Positions 50,926 through 64,000 of a DNA stretch of 64,000 bases are shown here, one piece after another. The stretch is from assembly GCA_963674945.2 (NCBI GenBank), contig CAXXWQ010000001.1, forward strand, positions 192,001-256,000, written 5' to 3'. Position numbers and translations under genes: made by a program. Within the stretch, counting starts at the first letter, position 1. Each line of letters begins with the position of its first letter. A model generated the notes under the pieces. That model was not told the DNA's origin and searched no databases. It saw only the letters and a program-made list of their open reading frames with translations. Origin of the DNA: an uncultured Desulfosarcina sp. (GTDB lineage Bacteria; Desulfobacterota; Desulfobacteria; Desulfobacterales; Desulfosarcinaceae).

Positions 50926-51212
50926 TTTTTCCTCCTTTCCGTGAAGTTTGCTGAAGGCGTTTTTATCTTTCTTATGGTAGCACGTCAAGGTATTAAACCG
51001 GCAGTTAACTATCTCCGCTTCCAGCTGTCGGTTTTTCTCGAAACTACGGCCTATGCGGGTTTGTCATAATAAGGTTCGGAAACGGTTGCGCTATTTTGTT
51101 GCCGGTTTACGATGTAGGCTGGCAAAACCGAAATCCTGACGATTGGTGCCCTATCGGAGACGCAGGATACCGCTTTACCGCTATGGCGCCTCAATTGGTA
51201 AAAGGCGATACT

Positions 51213-52079
51213 GTGGATTGGCTCTCTCTTTCCCTGCTTTGTGCATTTTTCGTGGCAACGGTGGATGCACTCACCAAACGGTATTACAAGGAACAATCCC
51301 CCTTTGCCATGGGACGAACCCGCTACCTTTTTGCCCTGCCGTGGCTGGTGATCGCCCTGTTCTTTATTCCCATGGTCCGACCGGACGGGGTGTTTTACCT
51401 CTGTCTGGCAGTTGGTTTGCCATTGGAGGCGCTGGCCCTTTATTGCTACATGAAGGCGATTCGGTCTTCTCCCCTTTCCCTCTGTCTTCCCTTTTTCGCC
51501 TTCACCCCTGTCTTCATCTTGCTTACGGGAAAAGTCATGCTAGGGGAAACAGTGGGTGTGGGGGGAGCTGTCGGCATCGTGCTGATCGTGATCGGATCTT
51601 ACGTGATCAACCTGTCCAAAATCGAGACAGGACTTTTTTCCCCCATACGGGAGATATTTCACCAGCAAGGGTCAAGGCTCATCCTCACCACCGCCTTTTT
51701 GTATTCCATTACCTCGGTAATCGGGAAGACGGCGGTTTTGCATTCCAATCCCTATTTTTTTGCCGTCGTCTATTTCTTGGCATTATCGCTGATGATGGTG
51801 TTGCCAGGACCTTGGCTGGGGGAAAAAAAGGGGAAGCGGAAACCCGGACCTATGTTGCCCGGCCTTCTCATCGGCATGATGATGGCGATGATGATATTCA
51901 CCCACATGCTGGCCATCTCGAAGATCCAGGTCGCCTATATGATCGCCATCAAACGGACCAGTCTTTTGTTCGGTGCGGCCTATGGCATCTTCTGGTTCAA
52001 GGAGGAAAGGGGGATGCTTCGGCTCACCGGTGCCGCCATCATGCTGGTCGGGGCCATCTTCGTGGGCTGGGCCGGATAA
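51213..52079 (+). CDS. DMT/EamA family transporter
   Basis: About 10 TM segments with a duplicated EamA pattern (SPLSLCLPFFAFTPVF..LGE; IKRTSLLFG..FKEE). Confidence 0.85.
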   Translation: MDWLSLSLLCAFFVATVDALTKRYYKEQSPFAMGRTRYLFALPWLVIALFFIPMVRPDGVFYLCLAVGLPLEALALYCYMKAIRSSPLSLCLPFFAFTPVFILLTGKVMLGETVGVGGAVGIVLIVIGSYVINLSKIETGLFSPIREIFHQQGSRLILTTAFLYSITSVIGKTAVLHSNPYFFAVVYFLALSLMMVLPGPWLGEKKGKRKPGPMLPGLLIGMMMAMMIFTHMLAISKIQVAYMIAIKRTSLLFGAAYGIFWFKEERGMLRLTGAAIMLVGAIFVGWAG

Positions 52080-52096
52080 AAAAGAATCGATAGTGG

Positions 52097-52597
52097 ATGG
52101 CAATGATTGCATTAATGGAAGGGACGAAGCGTCGGCTGTATACCTTGATTCAGGTTTTACTTTCCGGGACGCTCATCGGAATTTGCCATGAAAGTCTGAT
52201 CGGTTTTGCCGGATGGAATGCACCCGGCATGGGCGGTCTTATCGGCGTGATTCATGGTTTTACGAAATCCACCTTGATCGGGCTGCTGGAAATCTTCGCC
52301 GTACGAACGAAAATGGGGCGTCGTTTACAGCGGGCGCCATTCACCATGATTGTGGTCGTCAAAGGGTCTCTCTATGGTATGGTCATCGTTGCGGTCGAAC
52401 TCGGCCAAATTGGTGAACGCCTGATCATGGGGTATGTGAAAGAGCCACTATTCCAGAATCCAATGTGGCGGATGACCATTGTCTTCTCCGTTGTGTTTAC
52501 ATTCGTGTTCATTTTTGTGCTGCAGGTCAGCCAGCTCGTGGGAAGGCAAACGCTTCGTGACCTTGTACTCGGGCGTTATCACCATTCACGGACCGAA
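52097..52597 (+). pseudogene. Truncated membrane-bound adenylate/guanylate cyclase (TM domain only)
   Basis: Four TM segments ending in LVGRQTLRDLVLGRYHHSRTE, the linker that normally precedes the catalytic FLFxD motif. The frame then continues into the antisense of the convergent kinase gene until 52696. Confidence 0.65.
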
Positions 52598-52625
52598 TCG
52601 CCTGCCTTTTTGTTGAAGACACGTT

Positions 52626-54899
52626 TCACACCTCGTCTTTTGCCAACGCTCTTTTTATGGCTACTCCGAGTTCTAAAATCGTGTATGGTTTCTTGATGTA
52701 TTGGCCGGCACCCAATGCCTTGGTTTGTCTCACCCTTTCGGTTTCCGCATATCCACTGGCGATGATCGTTTTTTGTTCGGGACAAAATTGTTTGATACGT
52801 CGAAAGGTCTCATAACCGTCGATTCCCGGGTCCATAATCATGTCCAGAATCAGAAGGTCGGCGGAGTTGTTCTTAAGATATTCGATGGCCGCCTCCCCAC
52901 TGGCCACGGAAGTTGCAGTATAGCCAAGTTTCGTTATGATACCCGTGGCGATCTCCCGTTGTACCGCCATATCGTCGACGACGAGAATCGACTCGCCACG
53001 GCCGGTAACGTCAGAAGATTCATGTTCTCCATGGCCCGTATCGACATGGTCCCGTGTGGCGGGAAAAAAGAGGTCGATCGTCGTCCCCTGCCCCTCTTCG
53101 CTTCGAAGGTCGATATAGCCACCATGGTCCTTTATGGTTCCCCACACCACGGCCATACCGAGGCCCGATCCGTTTCTACCCATTATTTTTTTTGTGTAGA
53201 AGGGTTCGAAAATCCGATTTCGATCCGTTTCGGATATTCCCACGCCGGAGTCGGAGATGGTGACCACGGCGTACTCCCCCTCTTCCACCACATCGAATCC
53301 GGTGACTTGTTTGTCCGCATATCGGTTGGCGGTGACGATTTCGATCCTGCCGCCATCGGTAATGGATTCCACGGCATTTGTGATCAGGTTGCCGATGGCC
53401 TTCATGATTTGAACCGTTGAACCGTGTACGGAAAGCAGATCGGGACACTGATCGGTGGAAACGTTTATGGAAGGGTGTTGATTCAAAAGGAATTGGATGT
53501 CGGCGGAGTGAAGACAACTGGTGATGAGGCGGTTCAGATCGACCAATTCGCTCGTCTGGACTCCGCGACGCGCCAGGGCCAGCAGATCCTGGACCACGGC
53601 CGTGGCGTTTTCACCGGATTGCTTGATGGTCATCAAAGGTTTTCGCAAGGAGCTATCTTCCGAAAGGTCCATCAAAAGCAACTCCGGGTAGCTGACGATG
53701 CCGCTTAGGATATTGTTCAGATCATGGGCCACGCCACCTGCCAAGGTTCCCAATGCCTCCATTTTCTGCATGCGTACCAGTTGTTCTTCTAAAAGCTTCG
53801 AGGCGGTAATGTCTACCAAAACACCTTGAATTCCCCTTTTATGAGCGTTTTCCGATATGGGACGGGCGCTGATACGACACCATTTGATTTCGCCGGTTTT
53901 GGTGAGAAGCCGGTATTCACGCTGTTCGAGATTTCTTCTCATTGCCAGATCAAAGTCACTTCTTATCTGCTGTCGATCTTCTGGGTGCACGTAGCTACAA
54001 AAACTTTTTCCGAGCATTTCAGCGGTAAGGTGCCCCAGGCTTTTCTCGATGACCGGACTGATGTAGGTGATTTGACCGTTGCCGTCTATGGCATAAATGA
54101 CATCATTGATATTTTCCACCAGATCCCGGTATTTCTCCTCGCTCTTTTGAAGCTGTCCGTTGGTATTGATCAACTGGGCCGTCCGCTGGTCGACGATCTC
54201 CTCGACCTTCTCTTTCTGACGACGCAAGTCTGCCTGGGCTGCCTTGCGCTGATGAACCTCGTGGCGGAGATGATCGATTAAATCTTCTCTTTCGTATTGC
54301 AACGTCAACAGGTGAAGAATATTTTTATGCACTCTTCTTGCCGCCAGGCTGATCACGACCAGAAAGAAAATGCCCATGGCCCCCACCGCGGCATGGATTT
54401 CGTCCCCTGTCATCAAAAACCGGCCGATGAGAGGAGAAAGGGTGGGGATGGAAAAGAGGTAGAAAGCCGTCATGATGGAGGAAAACACCCCCACCGCCCC
54501 GGCCACCATGCCGGCTACGATGATGGCCATAAATGCCTGATGGCCGGTGGAACCAGCTGGATATAAGAAAATCGCAGTCGATCCCCAAAAAAGGCCGGCA
54601 AGGAATATGGTCGCGTTGAACCAATTGTTCCAATATGCCGGATTCGAGAATTGTGTCGCGGACTTCTGGTAATGCCTATTGCATGTCAAACGGATGATGA
54701 TAACCAATAGTGCCGCGACCAGCCATAGGGTAAGGGCAACAGGGGAAACATGTCTTCTGACGATAAACGCCAGGATGATACTTCCGACCATGGTTGACGT
54801 CACGCCGAGAGTTGTATTGGCGTATTGTATACGAACCTGTTCCGCAAACAGATGGCGCTTTTTCTGGGACGATATCTGGTAATGGGAATCGCTTTTCAT
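52626..54899 (-). CDS. Hybrid sensor histidine kinase (membrane sensor, PAS, HisKA, HATPase, REC)
   Basis: GGVAHDLNNIL, NLITNA, DSGVG, FEPFYTKK..GSGLG and the receiver motifs VVDD..LDMIM..KKPY. Confidence 0.94.
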   Translation of the reverse strand: MKSDSHYQISSQKKRHLFAEQVRIQYANTTLGVTSTMVGSIILAFIVRRHVSPVALTLWLVAALLVIIIRLTCNRHYQKSATQFSNPAYWNNWFNATIFLAGLFWGSTAIFLYPAGSTGHQAFMAIIVAGMVAGAVGVFSSIMTAFYLFSIPTLSPLIGRFLMTGDEIHAAVGAMGIFFLVVISLAARRVHKNILHLLTLQYEREDLIDHLRHEVHQRKAAQADLRRQKEKVEEIVDQRTAQLINTNGQLQKSEEKYRDLVENINDVIYAIDGNGQITYISPVIEKSLGHLTAEMLGKSFCSYVHPEDRQQIRSDFDLAMRRNLEQREYRLLTKTGEIKWCRISARPISENAHKRGIQGVLVDITASKLLEEQLVRMQKMEALGTLAGGVAHDLNNILSGIVSYPELLLMDLSEDSSLRKPLMTIKQSGENATAVVQDLLALARRGVQTSELVDLNRLITSCLHSADIQFLLNQHPSINVSTDQCPDLLSVHGSTVQIMKAIGNLITNAVESITDGGRIEIVTANRYADKQVTGFDVVEEGEYAVVTISDSGVGISETDRNRIFEPFYTKKIMGRNGSGLGMAVVWGTIKDHGGYIDLRSEEGQGTTIDLFFPATRDHVDTGHGEHESSDVTGRGESILVVDDMAVQREIATGIITKLGYTATSVASGEAAIEYLKNNSADLLILDMIMDPGIDGYETFRRIKQFCPEQKTIIASGYAETERVRQTKALGAGQYIKKPYTILELGVAIKRALAKDEV

Positions 54900-55063
54900 C
54901 GTTACTTTATTATCGGAAGATTGTAGCCCCGTAAACAGGAAAATGGTAAACGGTTCGAGAGGGATCGTGGCGGATGCGCCGGTTTTTCGTCCACCATCGT
55001 TGACCCGAGGCGTCTATCCCCCTATTTTTTTAAAAATCTTTGAATTCTCAATAGGCGGTTCAG

Positions 55064-56446
55064 ATGGACATTCAGGCAGAACGCATCTCAGAGCTCAATA
55101 CGAAGGGGGTTCGAAAGGGAGAGTGGGTCCTTTACTGGATGCAACAGTCCCAGCGGGCCCATGACAATCCGGCACTGGAATATGCCATCGATGAGGCCAA
55201 TCGCCTGGACCTTCCCGTTTTGGTGCTCTTCGTACTCACCGACGATTACCCCGAGGCAAACGGTCGTCATTACCGATTCATGTTGGAGGGGCTGGCCGAT
55301 ACCAGAAAACTGTTGGCCAAACGCCGAATCGGCCTGGTTGTTCGAAAGGGTTCCGTCGAAACGGTGGTCCCCCTCCTCTCGAAAGAGGCGGCGCTGCTGG
55401 TATGTGATGTGGGCTACACCCGGCATCAGCGTCTCTGGCGGCAGTGTTTGGCACAATCGGTATCATGCCGAACCGTGGCCGTGGAGGGTGATGTGGTGGT
55501 ACCGGTCCGGATGACATCGGGCAAACGGGAATATGCGGCCCGCACCATACGCCCCAAGATCCAGCGTCAGATACAACAATTTTTGGTTCCCTTTCCACGC
55601 TATCGCCCCAGGTATGCGTCCGTGGAAACGGGCCTGGAGAGTCTGGACCCGGAAAACATCGAAGGCATTTTGGGGCAATTGGCCATCGATATGTCGGTCC
55701 CGCCCGTCTCCGTCTTTTTTAAAGGCGGCCCCTCGGAGGCCAAGAAGCGCCTTCGCCGATTCATTCGCAAGCATTTGGTGAATTACGAGAAGAATCGAAA
55801 TCAGCCCCAGACCGATGATATTTCTCAGATGAGTCCTTACCTGCACTTCGGTCAAATCGCACCGGTGCGGTTGGCACTGGAGATCGAAATTTCCGGCATG
55901 GGAACCGATAAGGACCGGGCCGCCTACCTGGAGGAGCTCATCGTTCGCCGGGAACTTGCCATCAATTTCGTATTTTATACCGACGATCACGATCGATACA
56001 CCTGCCTGCCCGATTGGGCACGAAAAACCCTCGCCACCCACGAAACGGACCGACGTAAAAACATCTACGACCGGCGGGAACTGGAAGACGGCCACACCCA
56101 TGATCCGTACTGGAACGCGGCCATGTCCGAAATGCGCGATACCGGTTTCATGCACAATTACATGCGCATGTATTGGGGAAAGAAGATACTGGAGTGGTCT
56201 TCTTCCCCTCAAACCGCCTATGAAACGGCAATTTACCTGAACAACCGGTATTTTCTCGACGGTCGCGATCCAAATTCCTATGCCGGCATCGGATGGATCT
56301 TCGGCCTGCACGACCGTGCCTGGTTCCAGCGGGAGATCTTCGGAACGGTGCGGTACATGGCGGCATCGGGGCTGGAGCGAAAATGCGATATCGGCGCCTA
56401 TGTGGACAAGGTACGCCGACTTGGACGATTGGTCCGGGAACGATAA
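55064..56446 (+). CDS. phrB: Deoxyribodipyrimidine photolyase, class II
   Basis: YWMQQSQRAHDNPAL, EYAARTIRPKI, SPYLHFGQI, EELIVRRELA, MHNYMRMYWGKKILEW and DGRDPNSY. Confidence 0.93.
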   Translation: MDIQAERISELNTKGVRKGEWVLYWMQQSQRAHDNPALEYAIDEANRLDLPVLVLFVLTDDYPEANGRHYRFMLEGLADTRKLLAKRRIGLVVRKGSVETVVPLLSKEAALLVCDVGYTRHQRLWRQCLAQSVSCRTVAVEGDVVVPVRMTSGKREYAARTIRPKIQRQIQQFLVPFPRYRPRYASVETGLESLDPENIEGILGQLAIDMSVPPVSVFFKGGPSEAKKRLRRFIRKHLVNYEKNRNQPQTDDISQMSPYLHFGQIAPVRLALEIEISGMGTDKDRAAYLEELIVRRELAINFVFYTDDHDRYTCLPDWARKTLATHETDRRKNIYDRRELEDGHTHDPYWNAAMSEMRDTGFMHNYMRMYWGKKILEWSSSPQTAYETAIYLNNRYFLDGRDPNSYAGIGWIFGLHDRAWFQREIFGTVRYMAASGLERKCDIGAYVDKVRRLGRLVRER

Positions 56447-56465
56447 GACATCTTCTCCAATTGTC

Positions 56466-56987
56466 TCATTGTTTCTGCAGAACCGGTGGTTGGATCGAGA
56501 CACGGTCTCCCTCTTCGATGCCACGTGTCCGGAACCAGTTTTGATTCACCTCAAGGGCATAGACCGCGGGCTTTCTGGAACGGTACCGGATTTCGGTTTG
56601 GTCGGGCTGCATTTTTTCGATGTTGATGATTTTTCCCGAGGCGTCGAGAAATGCGATGCTTAAGGGGATCTTCGTGTTTTTCATCCAGAACACCAGATCC
56701 CTGGGGGACGGATAGACGAACAACATGCCCCGATCTTCATCGAGGGAAAAGCGGCCCGACAATCCGCGTGAACGGGATTTCGGGGTGTCGGCCCATTCCA
56801 CGAGCAATTTCATTCCGTTGATGGAAATTGTGGTGGTGGTAAGCGAAAGCGGGCAGGCAGTGAAAGAATCGGCTTTGCCGATCCAGGCGATGAGAATGAG
56901 AAAGAGAAATGCGACTTTCACACCATCGGTGGCAGTGACGTACCGTGATTTTGAATTTCTATTTTTCCGAGTTGTAGAATCGATCAT
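56466..56987 (-). CDS. DUF192 domain protein, exported
   Basis: ADTP..RSRGL, GMLFVY..FWMKNTKIPLSIAFLD and YALEVNQ; ATGA overlap with larB. Confidence 0.85.
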   Translation of the reverse strand: MIDSTTRKNRNSKSRYVTATDGVKVAFLFLILIAWIGKADSFTACPLSLTTTTISINGMKLLVEWADTPKSRSRGLSGRFSLDEDRGMLFVYPSPRDLVFWMKNTKIPLSIAFLDASGKIINIEKMQPDQTEIRYRSRKPAVYALEVNQNWFRTRGIEEGDRVSIQPPVLQKQ

Positions 56988-57778
56988 TCGGCTTTTTCCG
57001 CTTCGCCGCCGGTTTCGGCCGCCGCACGGTCCGCGATGCGATTGATGGTGGCTGCCGCGTAACCGGCGCCGTAGCCGTTGTCGATATTGACCACGGTGAC
57101 GCCGTTGGCACAGGAGTTGAGCATGGTGAGCAAGGCTGCGATGCCGCCGAAGCTGGCCCCATATCCCACACTGGTGGGGACGGCGATCACCGGCTTGTCC
57201 GTCAGGCCTGCCGCCACACTGGGCAATGCACCGTCCATGCCCGCCACGGCCACCACGACGCTGGCCGCCTCGATTTTGTCCCGGTTTGCCAGCAGTCTGT
57301 GGATCCCGGCCACGCCCACATCGGCGAGCCGCACCACCCGGTTTCCCATCACCTCGGCTGTTACGGCCGCCTCCTCGGCTACCGCAATGTCCGAGGTGCC
57401 GGCGCACATGACCAGGATGGTGGTTCGGGTCGGCTCCACGGCTTTTCGGTTTATTACCACGATCCGCGCCGCCTCGTGATACTCCACACGGTCGCCAAGG
57501 GAGGCGAGGGCTTCATAGACGCAGCGGTCCGCCCGGGTGGCCATAATATTGGCATCCTTTTCCATCAGTCGGCGGGCGATGCCGACGATTTGATCGGTTG
57601 TCTTTCCCGGGCTGTAGATGGTTTCCGGATGGCCGGTTCGAAGGGCGCGATGATAGTCCACCTTGGCATACCCCAGCTCGGCGTAGGGCAGGTCTCGAAG
57701 CGCCGCCATCGCCTGATCCACCGGCATTTCGCCGTCTTTTACCTGCTGTAGAAGCGTCTTTAAACGGTGGGTGTTCAT
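56984..57778 (-). CDS. larB: Nickel-pincer cofactor biosynthesis protein LarB
   Basis: D.HRALRTG.PE, AGTSD..VAEEA, DVGVAGIHRL, AGMDGALPSV, AVPTSVGYGA and LNSCANGVTVVNIDNG. Confidence 0.92.
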   Translation of the reverse strand: MNTHRLKTLLQQVKDGEMPVDQAMAALRDLPYAELGYAKVDYHRALRTGHPETIYSPGKTTDQIVGIARRLMEKDANIMATRADRCVYEALASLGDRVEYHEAARIVVINRKAVEPTRTTILVMCAGTSDIAVAEEAAVTAEVMGNRVVRLADVGVAGIHRLLANRDKIEAASVVVAVAGMDGALPSVAAGLTDKPVIAVPTSVGYGASFGGIAALLTMLNSCANGVTVVNIDNGYGAGYAAATINRIADRAAAETGGEAEKAE

Positions 57779-57896
57779 GGCAATTCCTTTTGTCCTGGAA
57801 CACACTGGCACTGGCAACTGATTTTATAGGGCAAACAGGGATCGGTAAAGCAAAAATCGAAAGAAGAGTGATCAACTCGTAAAAAGTCGGGTTTCG

Positions 57897-58041
57897 GACG
57901 GCTTCGTAAAAAGTTCGAGATCAAGGCTTGCGGGTCCCGAGAATACCGTTATCGCGGGTGCCGAAGGCAGTGTATTTTCGATACGTCGCAGTGACGAGGG
58001 ATGAAGCGAAACGCCGATATCGGACTTTTTACGAAGCCGTC
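57897..58041. repeat. Palindromic intergenic element, family A copy 3
   Basis: GACGGCTTCGTAAAAAGT...ACTTTTTACGAAGCCGTC; an extra partial arm (CTCGTAAAAAGTC) lies at about 57876-57888. Confidence 0.9.
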
Positions 58042-58085
58042 AACGAAACAGGGCCGCCTTCCCATGGTGAGGGAAGACGACCCTG
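58042..58085 (-). terminator. Rho-independent terminator of the PFOR gene
   Basis: Minus-strand stem CAGGGTCGTCTTCCC / GGGAAGGCGGCCCTG (with G-U pairs) followed by TTTCGTT. Confidence 0.65.
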
Positions 58086-58115
58086 ATGGTTTTCGAAAAA
58101 GAGCCTTAAGAGAAC

Positions 58116-61817
<3,702 letters not shown>

Positions 61818-61959
61818 TCAGGGGAGATCGCCGCCAAATCAACGATAACGGCACAGCAATGTGTGAGATAGCACGGATATCGATAACGTGGCCTATTTGC
61901 CATCGTATGATTTAAAAAGATGCAAATAGATCATATTATGACAGATTTGGCAAGCAGTT

Positions 61960-63849
61960 TTATTTTGTATCCGCCAGTTCGTCGAAACGGCATTTGAGCA
62001 TCAGCGCATCTCCATCGAAGGAGGTGACCACCTTGTAGGGGAGTGTTTTGAACAGGGCGATCATGGCTTTGTTTTGGGGCGACGTGTAGGCGATCAATCC
62101 GGATATGCCGTTTTCACGGGCGGCCCTTGCCAGTTTACGGATGAACAGCTTTCCCAGTCCTTTCCCCTGATACTCCTTCGAGATGGAGAAGGCCACTTCG
62201 GCGATGTTGCTCTCCATTAGGAGCAGGTACTCTCCGACGCCCACCACCTTGCCGTAGCCGAATTCGCCCACCACTGCGACGAGCGTGAGATCCTTGATAT
62301 AGTCGATCTGGGAGCGGGTCTCCACGACGCTGCGGTCGAAGCTGATCTTGTCATGAAAGAAACGAAGCTGAACGTCCTTTTTATCCAGTGAGTAATAGTG
62401 TTCCTGGATTCGTCGTTCATCCACCGGTTTGGAGGGCCGAATGGTGATCTCCTCACCGTCGCGGGTGATGGTCTCCTCCAGATGGATGGGATAGATACCC
62501 TTGGTGGCCTCTCCCAGGCGGCGGTCACTGCCGATCAGTTTTGCCTCCTTGGCCGCATCGAACAGATAATCCCGATGGTCGGGGTGGGCGATGCCGATCA
62601 TTGCCAAGACCCGTTCCTGGAGACTTTTGCCCATGAGATTCACCGCACCGTATTCGGTGACCACATAGTGAACGTCGCCCCTGGGAACCACCACGGAGGC
62701 GTGATCCAATACCGGCACGATATTGCTTTGCTTGCCGTCCAGGGATGTCGAGTAGAGGACGAGGATCGCCTTTCCGCCCTTGGACCTTTTGGCACCGCGA
62801 ACGAAATCGGGAATTCCGGAAACCCCTGCGTATAAGGTGTGCTCGGCGGCTTCGGCGGCGACCTGTCCCGTCAGGTCTATGGAGTGGGCGACATTGATGG
62901 AGATCATGCGGCGGTGCTGAGCGATGATAAAAGGGTCGTTCACGTAATCCGACGGCCGGAAATCCACGCCTGGATTGTCATGGAGAAATTCATAGAGGTT
63001 CTGGCTGCCGATGGCACACGAGGCCACCAGCTTGCCCTCATTGATTCCCTTTTTGCGGTTGGTGATTACCCCCGCGGCGTATAGGTGCATGACATGATCG
63101 GTGATGTACTGGGAGTGAAATCCCAGGTCGTTCTTGTCCTCAAGGATTTCGGCCGTGGCCTGGGAAGCGGCATCGAGTCCGATCTGGAGGGTGGATCCGT
63201 CCTCGATGAACCGTCTGATGTGTTTGCCGAGGCGTTCGGCGGTTTCGGTTCTCTCCCGGGGCGTGATGGTCAAGATGGGCTCTTCATATTCTACGATCAC
63301 ATGAACGTCGTTGACGTGAATGAAGCTTTCCCCCATGGTCCGGGGCATCCTGGGATTGACTTGGGCAATGACCAGGTCGGCGCTCTGGGCGGCGGCCAGG
63401 GTGATGTCCACGGAAATACCCAGACTCATCCAACCGAAGTCGTCGGGCGGCGATACCTGAACCAGGGCAACGTGGATGGGAAGCTTTCGGGAATGGAACA
63501 TGCTCGGTACTTCCGACATGTTCATGGGGGTGATAAACCGCATGTAGCGGGCGATTTTTTCCGTGTCCGCCGATCCCAGGTAGATGGTGCGGATGTTGAG
63601 GCTGTAATCGTGGGTTTTGTCGGCAATTTCGGACAGGGAGATGGTTTCCCGGCTCATGAGCCGGACAATTTCCAATCCGTTGATCCTAAAGGCAGCCGCT
63701 GAAAGGGCACGAACCAGTGCCTGTGGCTCGCCGCAGGCGCTTTGGATGAATACCCGTTTGCCCGGGCGAATCATGGCGATGGCCGCCTCTGGTGATCGCC
63801 TTTTTTCCACGTAGGTATCGGCCCAATAGATTGACCGTTTCATCGCCAT
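61960..63849 (-). CDS. Acetyl-CoA hydrolase/CoA-transferase fused to a C-terminal GNAT domain
   Basis: QVSPPD, GSTLQIG, IDLTGQV, DFVRGA..SKGG and VVTEYG, then GNAT motifs AEVAF..YQGKGLG..NKAM. Confidence 0.9.
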   Translation of the reverse strand: MAMKRSIYWADTYVEKRRSPEAAIAMIRPGKRVFIQSACGEPQALVRALSAAAFRINGLEIVRLMSRETISLSEIADKTHDYSLNIRTIYLGSADTEKIARYMRFITPMNMSEVPSMFHSRKLPIHVALVQVSPPDDFGWMSLGISVDITLAAAQSADLVIAQVNPRMPRTMGESFIHVNDVHVIVEYEEPILTITPRERTETAERLGKHIRRFIEDGSTLQIGLDAASQATAEILEDKNDLGFHSQYITDHVMHLYAAGVITNRKKGINEGKLVASCAIGSQNLYEFLHDNPGVDFRPSDYVNDPFIIAQHRRMISINVAHSIDLTGQVAAEAAEHTLYAGVSGIPDFVRGAKRSKGGKAILVLYSTSLDGKQSNIVPVLDHASVVVPRGDVHYVVTEYGAVNLMGKSLQERVLAMIGIAHPDHRDYLFDAAKEAKLIGSDRRLGEATKGIYPIHLEETITRDGEEITIRPSKPVDERRIQEHYYSLDKKDVQLRFFHDKISFDRSVVETRSQIDYIKDLTLVAVVGEFGYGKVVGVGEYLLLMESNIAEVAFSISKEYQGKGLGKLFIRKLARAARENGISGLIAYTSPQNKAMIALFKTLPYKVVTSFDGDALMLKCRFDELADTK

Positions 63850-63858
63850 CCTCCTTAT

Positions 63859-64000
63859 CTATATCGCACTTGGTTCGAGGATAAATCGGCAGTCCGCCAC
63901 CGTGACGCCCTTTCCCTCGGGATGTACCAGCAACGGGTTGATGTCCAATTCCTTGATTTCCGGATGGTTCGTCACCAGATCGGAGAGCCCCACCAGCATG
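63859..64000 (-). CDS. 3' end of an ADP-forming acetate/acyl-CoA ligase (ATP-grasp domain), truncated by the window edge
   Basis: Hand translation ..LSDLVTNHPEIKELDINPLLVHPEGKGVTVADCRFILEPSAI*. Confidence 0.8.
   Translation of the reverse strand, partial: MLVGLSDLVTNHPEIKELDINPLLVHPEGKGVTVADCRFILEPSAI

Noticed and set aside
56988..57407. 313-aa ORF extending DUF192 upstream
   Set aside because: The Gly/Arg-rich extension is an off-frame reading of larB.
61855..61950. Possible Rex/CRP-like operator upstream of PFOR (TGTGAGATAGCACG)
   Set aside because: The palindrome is too degenerate to call without a position weight matrix.

Overview
A 64-kb chromosomal window, most likely from a sulfate-reducing deltaproteobacterium (Desulfobacterales, Desulfosarcina-like; inferred from gene content and intergenic repeats). 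I saw no rRNA, tRNA, CRISPR array, prophage or intact transposase. Left part (1-21 kb): envelope and housekeeping genes. These are a giant GlmS-like protein, kdnA, a PBP, metG, ricT, holB, IHF/HU, an UpxY-type NusG paralog, lptD, surE, yhaM, tmk, a cysteine synthase-CysRS fusion, ferredoxin and ogt. They are followed by a small relic of HsdR and zeta-toxin-like genes. Middle (21.7-45 kb): a tightly coupled four-gene operon (family-3 solute-binding protein, K+ channel, AsmA-like protein, STN-S8 protease), then a 16-kb divergent locus. Its left arm holds GNAT, RimK-type ATP-grasp and PP-loop/Zn genes. Its right arm holds a GshB-type ATP-grasp ligase, an Opp-type ABC transporter, a Cya2-like (probably guanylate) cyclase, an FGE-domain protein and an NTT-HEAT-cNMP transporter. 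This locus is my best candidate for an undescribed peptide/cyclic-nucleotide system. Right part (45-64 kb): CitE-like lyase, bacterioferritin, TonB receptor-YfiR, LUD, EamA, a truncated cyclase, a hybrid kinase, class II photolyase, DUF192, larB, PFOR, an acetyl-CoA hydrolase-GNAT fusion and the end of an acetate-CoA ligase. Several families of palindromic intergenic elements recur. All calls come from motif recognition by eye; no database searches were run.
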